In this document: positions 55,501 to 64,000 of the stretch, piece after piece
Position numbering within the stretch: the first letter of the stretch is position 1
Layout: the number at the start of each line of letters is the position of its first letter
NCBI GenBank assembly: GCA_964016885.1
Contig: OZ024744.1
Location: 5,394,001 to 5,458,000, forward strand
Reading direction: 5' to 3'
Source: Eledone cirrhosa
Lineage: Eukaryota
Length of the DNA stretch: 64,000 bases
Program-made: the position numbers and the translations under genes
Notes under the pieces: model-generated
Databases searched by the model: none
What the model was told of the DNA's origin: nothing
The model's input: the letters and a program-made list of their open reading frames with translations, nothing else

Positions 55501-58399
55501 CAACAAACTATTGTGTAGCCGGTAAAGACACCAATAAATTATTGTGTAGCCGGTTAAGACAATAACAACTATTGTGTAGCCGGTAAAGACACCAACAAAC
55601 TATATTGTGTAGCCGGGAAAGACACCAACAAACTAATGTGTCGCCGGTAAAGACACCAGCAAACTAATATGTAGCCGGTAAAGACACCAACAAACTATCG
55701 TGTAGCCGCTAAAGACACCAACAAACTATTGTGTAGCCGGTAAAGACACCAATAAACTATTGTGTAGCCGGTTAAGACAACAACAAACTATTGTGTAGCC
55801 GGTAAAGACACCAACAAACTATTGTGTAGCCGTAAAGACACCAGCAAACTAATATGTAGCCGGTAAAGGCACCAACATACTACTGTGTAGGCGCTAAAGA
55901 CACCAACAAACTATTGCGTAGCCGGTAAAGACACCAATAAAGTATTGTGTAGCCGGTTAAGACAACAACAAACTATTGTGTAGCCGGTACAGACACCAAC
56001 AAAATATTGTGTAGCCGGTAAAGGCCCCAACAAACTATTGTGTTGCCGGTAAAAACACCAACAAACTATTGTGTAACCGGTAAAGACACCACCAAACTAT
56101 TGTGTAGCCGGTAAAGACAGCAACAAACTATTGTGCAGCCGGTAAAGATACCAACAAACTATTGTGTAGCCGGTAAATGCACCAACATCTTTAACCGGTA
56201 AAGACACGAACAAACTATTGTTTAGACGGTAAAGACAACAACAAAATATTGTGTAGCCGGTAAAGACACAAACAAACTGTAGCCGGTAAAGATACCAACA
56301 AACTATTCTGTAGCCGGTAAAGACACCAACAAACTATTTCGTAGCCGGTAAAGACACCAACAAACTGTAGCCGGTAAAGACACCAACAAACTGTAGCCGG
56401 TAAAGAAACCAACAAACTGTAGCCGGTAAAGACACAAACAAACAGTAGCCGATAAAAACACCAACAAACTATTGTCTAGCCGGTACAGACACCAACAAAC
56501 TATTGTGTAGCCGGTAAAAACACCAACAAACTATTGTGTAGCCGGTAAAAACACCAATAAACTATTTGGTAGCCTGTAAAGACAGCAACAAACTATTGTG
56601 TAGCCGGTAAAGACAACATCAAACTATTGTGTAGCCGGTAAAAACACCAACAGACTATTGTGTAGCCGGTAAAGACACCAACAAACTTTTGTGTAGCCGG
56701 TAAAGGCACCAACAAACTATTGTGTAGCCGGTAACGACACCAACAAACTATTGTGTAGCCTGAAAAGACACCAACAAATTATTGCGTAGCCGGTAAAGAC
56801 ACCAACAAACTATTGTGTAGCCGGTAAAGACACCAACAAACTGTAGCCGGTAAAGACACCAACAAACTGTAGCCGGTAAAGACACCAACAGACTATTGTG
56901 TAGCCGGTAAAGATACCAAAAATCTATTGTGTAGCCGGGAAAGACACCACCAAACTATTGTGTAGCCGGTAAAGACAGCAACAAACTATTGTGCAGCCGG
57001 TAAAGATACCAACAAACTATTGTGTAGCCGGTAAATGCACCAACATCTTTAGCCGGTAAAGACACGAACAAACTATTGTTTAGACGGTAAAGACAACAAG
57101 AAACTATTGTGTAGCAGGTAAAGACACAAACAAACTGTAGCCGGTAAAGATACCAACAATCTATTGTGTAGCCGGTAAAGACACCAACAAACTCTAGCCG
57201 GTAAAGACACCAACAAACTGTAGCCTGTAAAGACACAAACAAGCTGTAGCCGATAAAAACACCAACAAACTATTGTGTAGCCGGTACAGACACCAACAAA
57301 CTATTGTGTAGGCGGTAAAAACACCAACAAACTATTGTGTAGCCGGTAAAGACACAAACAAACTATTGTGTAGCCGGTAAAAACACCAATAAACTATTAT
57401 GTAGCCGGTAAAGACACCAACAAACTGTAGCCGGTAAAGATAACAACAAACTATTGTGTAGCTGGGAAACACACCAACAAACTATTGTGTAGCCGGTAAA
57501 GACACCAACAAAGTATAGTGTAGCCGGTAAAGACACCAACAAACTATTGTGTAGCCGGTAAAAACACCAATAAACTATTGTGTAGCCGGTAAAGACACCA
57601 ACAAACTGTAGCCGGTAAAGATACCAACAAACTATTGTGTAGCTGGGAAACACACCAACAAACTATTGTGTAGCCGGTAAAGTCACCAACAAAGTATAGT
57701 GTAGCCGGTAAAGACACCAACAAACTATTGTGTAGCCGGTAAAGACACCAACAAACTGTAGCAGGTAAAGACACCAACAAACTATTGTGTAGCCGGTAAA
57801 GGCAACAACAAACTAATGTGTAGTCGGTAAAGATACCAACGAACTATTGTGTAGCCGGTAAAGTCACAAACAAACTATTGTGTAGCCTGTAAAGATACCA
57901 ACAAACTATTGTGTAGCCGGTAAAGACACCAACAAACTATTGTGTAGCCGGTAAAGACACCAACAAACTATTGTGTAGCCTGTAAAGATACCAACAAACT
58001 ATTGTGTAGCCGGTAAAGACACCAACAAACTATTGTGTAGCCGGTAAAGATACCAATAAACTATTGTGTAGCCGGTAAAGACACCAACAAACTATTGTGT
58101 AGCCGGTAAAGACACCAACAAACTATTGTGTAGCCGGTAAAGACACCAATAACTTATTGTGTAGCCGGTTAAGACAATAACAACTATTGTGTAGCCGGTA
58201 AAGACACCAACAAACTATATTGTGTAGCCGGGAAAGACACCAACAAACTAATGTGTCGCCGGTAAAGACACCAGCAAACTAATATGTAGCCGGTAAAGAC
58301 ACCAACAAACTATCGTGTAGCCGCTAAAGACACCAACAAACTATTGTGTAGCCGGTAAAGACACCAATAAACTATTGTGTAGCCGGTTAAGACAACAAC

Positions 58400-61300
58400 A
58401 AACTATTGTGTAGCCGGTAAAGACACCAACAAACTATTGTGTAGCCGTAAAGACACCAGCAAACTAATATGTAGCCGGTAAAGGCACCAACATACTACTG
58501 TGTAGGCGCTAAAGACACCAACAAACTATTGCGTAGCCGGTAAAGACACCAATAAAGTATTGTGTAGCCGGTTAAGACAACAACAAACTATTGTGTAGCC
58601 GGTACAGACACCAACAAACTATTGTGTAGCCGGTAAAGGCCCCAACAAACTATTGTGTTGCCGGTAAAGACAACTACACACTATTGTGTAGCCGGCAAAG
58701 ACACCAACAAACTAATGTGTAGCCGGTAAAGACACCAACAAACTATTGTGTAGCCGGTAAAGATACCAACAAACTATTCTGTAGCCTGTAAAGACAGCAA
58801 CAAACTATTGTGTAGCCGGTAAAGACAACAACAAATTATTGTGTAGCCGGTAAAGACACCAACAAAGTATAGTGTAGCCGGTAAAGACACCAACAAACTA
58901 TTGTGTAGCCGGTAAAGATACCAACAAACTATTCTGTAGCCTGTAAAGACAGCAACAAACTATTGTGTAGCCGGTAAAGACAACAACAAACTATTGTGTA
59001 GCCGGTAAAGACACCAACAGACAATTGTGTAGCCGGTAAAGACACCAACAAACTATTGTGTAGCCGGTAAAGACACCAACAAACTATTGTGTAGCCGGTA
59101 AAGACACCAACAAACTATTGTGTAGCCGGAAAAGACACCAACAAATTATTGCGTAGCCGGTAAAGACACCAACAAACTATTGTGTAGCCGGTAAAGACAC
59201 CAACAAATTATTGTGTAGGCGGCAAATACACCAACAAACTAATGTGTAGCCGGTAAAGGCACCAACAAACTATTGTGTAGCCGGTAAAGACAACAACAAA
59301 CTATTGTGTAGCCGGTAAAGACAACAACAAACTATTGTGTAGCCGGTAAAGACACCAACAAACTGTAGCCGGTAAAGACACCAACAAACTATTGTGTAAA
59401 GACACCAACAAACTATATTGTGTAGCCGGGAAAGACACCAACAAACTATTGTGTAGCCGGTAAAGATACCAACAAACTATTCTGTAGCCTGTAAAGACAG
59501 CAACAAACTATTGTGTTAGCCGGTAAAGACAACAACAAACTATTGTGTAGCCGGTAAAGACACCAACAAAGTATAGTGTAGCCGGTAAAGACACCAACAA
59601 ACTATTGTGTAGCCGGTAAAGACACCAACAAACTATTGTGTAGCCGGTAAAGACACCAACAAACTATTGTGTAGCCGGAAAAGACACCAACAAATTATTG
59701 CGTAGCCGGTAAAGACACCAACAAACTATATTATGTAGCCGGTAAAGACACCATCAAACTAATGTGTAGCCGGTAAAGACACCAGCAAACTAATATGTAG
59801 CCGGTAAAGACACCAACAAACTATCGTGTAGCCGCTAAAGACAAAAACAAACTATTGTGTAGCCGGTAAAGACACCAATAAACTATTGTGTAGCCGGTTA
59901 AGACAACAACAAACTATTGTGTAGCCGGTAAAGACACCAACAAACTATTGTGTAGCCGTAAAGACACCAGCAAGCTAATATGTAGCCGGTAAAGACACCA
60001 ACAAACTATTGTGTAGCCGGTAAAGACAACAACAAACTATTGTGTAGCCGGTAAAGACACCAACAGACTGTTGTGTAGCCGGTAAAGACACCAACAATCT
60101 ATTGTGTAGCCGGTAAAGACACCAACAAACTATTGTGTAGCCGGTAAAGACACCAACAAACTATTGTGTAGCCGGAAAAGACACCAACAAATTATTGCGT
60201 AGCCGGTAAATACACAAACAAACTATTGTGTAGCCGGTAAAGACACCAACAAACTAATGTGTAGCCGGTAAAGAAACCAACAAATTATTGTGTAGGCGAC
60301 AAATACACCAACAAACTAATGTGTAGCCGGTAAAGGCACCAACAAACTATTGTTTAGCCGGTAAAGACACCAACAAACTATTGTGTAGCCGGTAAAGACA
60401 CCAACAAACTGTAGCCGGTAAAGACACCAACAGACTATTGTGTAGCCGGTAAAGACACCAACAAACTATTGTGTAGCCGTAAAGACACCAGCAAACTAAT
60501 ATGTAGCCGGTAAAGGCACCAACATACTACTGTGTAGGCGCTAAAGACACCAACAAACTATTGCGTAGCCGGTAAAGACACCAATAAAGTATTGTGTAGC
60601 CGGTTAAGACAACAACAAACTATTGTGTAGCCGGTACAGACAGCAACAAACTATTGTGTAGCCGGTAAAGGCCCCAACAAACTATTGTGTTGCCGGTAAA
60701 GACACCAACAAACTATTGTGGAACCGGTAAAGACACCAACAAACTATTGTGTAGCCGGCAAAGACACCAACAAACTAATGTGTAGCCGGTAAAGACACCA
60801 ACAAACTATTGTGTAGCCAGTAAAGACAACAACAAACTATTGTGTAGCCGATAAACAACAACAAACTATTATGTATCCGGTAAAGACACCAACAAATTAA
60901 TGTGTAGCCGGTAAAGACACCAACAAACTATTGTGTAGCCGGTAAAGACAACTACACACTATTGTGTAGCCGGCAAAGACACCAACAAACTAATGTGTAG
61001 CCGGTAAAGACACCAACAAACTATTGTGTAGCCGGTAAAGATACCAACAAACTATTCTGTAGCCTGTAAAGACAGCAACAAACTATTGTGTAGCCGGTAA
61101 AGACAACAACAAATTATTGTGTAGCCGGTAAAGACACCAACAAAGTATAGTGTAGCCGGTAAAGACACCAACAAACTATTGTGCAGCCGGTAAAGATACC
61201 AACAAACTATTCTGTAGCCTGTAAAGACAGCAACAAACTATTGTGTAGCCGGGAAAGACAACAACAAACTATTGTGTAGCCGGTAAAGACACCAACAGAC

Positions 61301-62340
61301 AATTGTGTAGCCGGTAAAGACACCAACAAACTATTGTGTAGCCGGTAAAGACACCAACAAACTATTGTGTAGCCGGTAAAGACACCAACAAACTATTGTG
61401 TAGCCGGAAAAGACACCAACAAATTATTGCGTAGCCGGTAAAGACACCAACAAACTATTGTGTAGCCGGTAAAGACACCAACAAACTAATGTGTAGCCGG
61501 TAAAGAAACCAACAAATTATTGTGTAGGCGGCAAATACACCAACAAACTAATGTGTAGCCGGTAAAGGCACCAACAAACTATTGTGTAGCCGGTAAAGAC
61601 AACAACAAACTATTGTGTAGCCGGTAAAGACAACAACAAACTATTGTGTAGCCGGTAAAGACACCAACAAACTGTAGCCGGTAAAGACACCAACAAACTA
61701 TTGTGTAAAGACACCAACAAACTATATTGTGTAGCCGGGAAAGACACCAACAAACTATTGTGTAGCCGGTAAAGATACCAACAAACTATTCTGTAGCCTT
61801 TAAAGACAGCAACAAACTATTGTGTTAGCCGGTAAAGACAACAACAAACTATTGTGTAGCCGGTAAAGACACCAACAAAGTATAGTGTAGCCGGTAAAGA
61901 CACAAACAAACTATTGTGTAGCCGGTAAAGATACCAACAAACTATTCTGTAGCCTGTAAAGACAGCAACAAACTATTGTGTAGCCGGCAAAGACACCAAC
62001 AGACAATTGTGTAGCCGGTAAAGACACCAACAAACTGTTGTGTAGCCGGTAAAGACACCAACAAACTATTGTGTAGCCGGAAAAGACACCAACAAATTAT
62101 TGCGTAGCCGGTAAAGACACCAACAAACTATATTATGTAGCCGGTAAAGACACCATCAAACCTATGTGTAGCCGGTAAAGACACCAGCAAACTAATATGT
62201 AGCCGGTAAAGACACCAACAAACTATTGTGTAGCCGCTAAAGACACCAACAAACTATTGTGTAGCCGGTAAAGACACCAATAAACTATTGTGTAGCCGGT
62301 TAAGACAACAACAAACTATTGTGTAGCCGGTAAAGACACC
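58400..62340. repeat. Imperfect tandem block duplication, local offset ~2.3 kb
   Basis: Private 7-bp deletion monomer ATTGTGTAAAGAC at 59391/61700 and 1-bp insertion TTGTGTTAGC at 59511/61820 (offset 2,309). CTATATTATG occurs in both copies. Confidence 0.78.
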
Positions 62341-64000
62341 AACAAACTATTGTGTAGCCGCTAAAGACACCAACAAACTATTGTGTAGCCGGTAAAGACA
62401 ACAACAAACTATTGTGTAGCCGGTAAAGACACCAACAAATTAATGTGTAGCCGGTAAAGACACCAACAAACTATTGTGTAGCCGGTAAAGACAACTACAC
62501 ACTATTGTGTAGCCGGCATAGACACCAACAAATTAATGTGTAGCCGATAAAGACACCACCACCTATCGTGTAGACGGTAAAGATACCAACAAACTATTCT
62601 GTAGCCTGTAAAGACAGAAACAAACTATTGTGTAGCCGGTAAAGACAACAACAAACTATTGTGTAGCCGGTAAAGACAGCAACAGACTACTGTGTAGCCG
62701 GTAAAGATACCAACAAACTATTGTGTAGCCGGGAAAGTCACCACCAAACTATTGTGTAGCCGGTAAAGACAGCAACAAACTATTGTGCTGCCGGTAAAGA
62801 TACCAACAAACTATTGTGTAGCCGGTAAATGCACCAACATCTTTAGCCGGTAAAGACACGAACAAACTATTGTTTAGACGGTAAAGACAACAAGAAACTA
62901 TTGTGTAGCAGCTAAAGACACAAACAAACTGTAGCCGGTAAAGATACCAACAAACTATTCTGTAGCCGGTAAAGACACCAACAAACTATTTTGTAGCCGG
63001 TAAACACACCAACAAACTCTAGCCGGTAAAGACACCAACAAACTGTAGCCGGTAAAGACACAAACAAACTGTAGCCGATAAAAACACCAACAAAGTATTC
63101 TGTAGCCGGTACAGACACAAACAAACTATTGTGTAGCCGGTAAAAACACCAACAAACTATTGTGTTGCCGGTAAAAACACCAATAAACTATTGTGTAGCC
63201 GGTAAAGACACCAACAAACTGTAGCCGGTAAAGATACCAACAAACTATTGTGTAGCTGGGAAACCCACCAACAAACCATTGTGTAGCCGGTAAAGACACC
63301 AACAAACTGTAGCCGGTAAAGACACCAACAGACTATTGTGTAATCGGTAAAGACACCAACGAACTAATGTGTAGTCGGTAAAGACACCAACAAACTATTG
63401 TGTAGCCGGTAAAGTCACCAACAAAGTATAGTGCAGCCGGTAAAGACACCAACAAACTATTGTGTAGCCGGTAAAGACACCAACAAACTATTGTGTAGCC
63501 TGTAAAGATACCAACAAACTATTGTGTAGCCGGTAAAGACACCAACAAACTATTGTGTAGCCGGTAAAGACACCAATAAACTATTGTGTAGCCGGTAAAG
63601 ACACCAACAAACTATTGTGTAGCCGGTAAAGACACCAACAAACTATTGTGTAGCCGCTAAAACACCAACAATCTATTGCGTAGCCGGTAAAGACACCAAC
63701 AAACTATTGTGTAACCGGGAAAGACACCAACAAACTATTGTGTAGCCGGTAAAGACACCAACAAACTATTGTGTAGCCGGTAGAGACACTAATAAACTAT
63801 TGAGTAGCCGGTAAAGACAGGAACAAACTAATATGTAGCCTTTAAAGACAACAACAAACTATTGTGTAGCCGATAAAGACACCAACGAACTATTGTGTAG
63901 CCGGTAAAGCCACCAACAAACTATTATGTAGCCGGTAAAGACACCAACAACTATTGTGTAGCCGGTAAATACACCAACAAACTGTAGCCGGTTAAGACAC

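Larger units (their letters stand above)
3844..64000. repeat. Tandem satellite array B, 31-bp monomer (consensus AGCCGGTAAAGACACCAACAAACTATTGTGT), ~1,950 copies, running off the window end
   Basis: ACTATTGTGT recurs at 3961, 3992 (period 31). Monomers are head-to-tail in one orientation throughout, with no unique sequence seen. Common variants: CACC/CAAC/CAGC, TATT/TAAT, 26-bp AAACTGTAG, 28-bp GACAACAATCT, 30-bp GCCGTAAA, 33-bp CTATATTG. Confidence 0.98.

Noticed and set aside
6790-63124. About 40 short minus-strand ORFs (61-96 aa)
   Set aside because: All are translations of the 31-bp monomer where a variant removes the TAG. Starts are mostly TTG/GTG within the repeat, frameshifting indels are frequent, and there is no gene context.
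3844-64000. CRISPR array (31-bp unit is in the CRISPR repeat size range)
   Set aside because: Monomers are directly head-to-tail with no unique spacers, no leader and no cas genes. Variation is point mutation of a single consensus.
3844-64000. Variant cassette library or information-encoding array (antigenic-variation or diversity-generating system)
   Set aside because: The order of variants is explained by nested block duplications. No expression locus, recombinase, reverse transcriptase or recombination-signal structure is present in the window.
1-64000. Transposon, rRNA, tRNA or other unique insertions interrupting the arrays; internal inversions in array B
   Set aside because: I saw no non-repeat segment, terminal inverted repeat, target-site duplication or orientation switch within either array.
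1-64000. Assignment to a named satellite family, species or functional centromere
   Set aside because: I do not recognise either monomer with confidence. This needs a BLAST/Dfam/Repbase search and CENP-A ChIP data.

Overview
The window is entirely tandem-repeat (satellite/minisatellite) DNA, most likely eukaryotic heterochromatin (centromeric, pericentromeric or subtelomeric; the organism cannot be told from the sequence). It holds two arrays that abut with no spacer. (A) 1-~3843: about 110 copies of a 35-bp G/T-rich monomer CAGTGGTGTTGGTAGCAGAGGTCTATCTTGGTAGA. (B) ~3844-64000: roughly 1,950 copies (length divided by ~31) of a 31-bp A/C-rich monomer AGCCGGTAAAGACACCAACAAACTATTGTGT, with 24/26/28/29/30/33-bp length variants. 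Array B has nested higher-order structure: a near-identical 14.66-kb tandem duplication, several 0.9-4 kb and ~9.7-kb offset block duplications, and two sequence-variant domains that switch near 39-41 kb. No genes, RNA genes, transposon ORFs or CRISPR spacers are supported, and all listed ORFs are translations of the repeat. I found no evidence of a new gene-based system. The interesting signals concern satellite architecture and evolution: the A/B junction, possible inverted homology between the two monomers, a conserved hairpin in monomer A, and layered expansion. Counts and identities are from reading by eye, not from a computed alignment.
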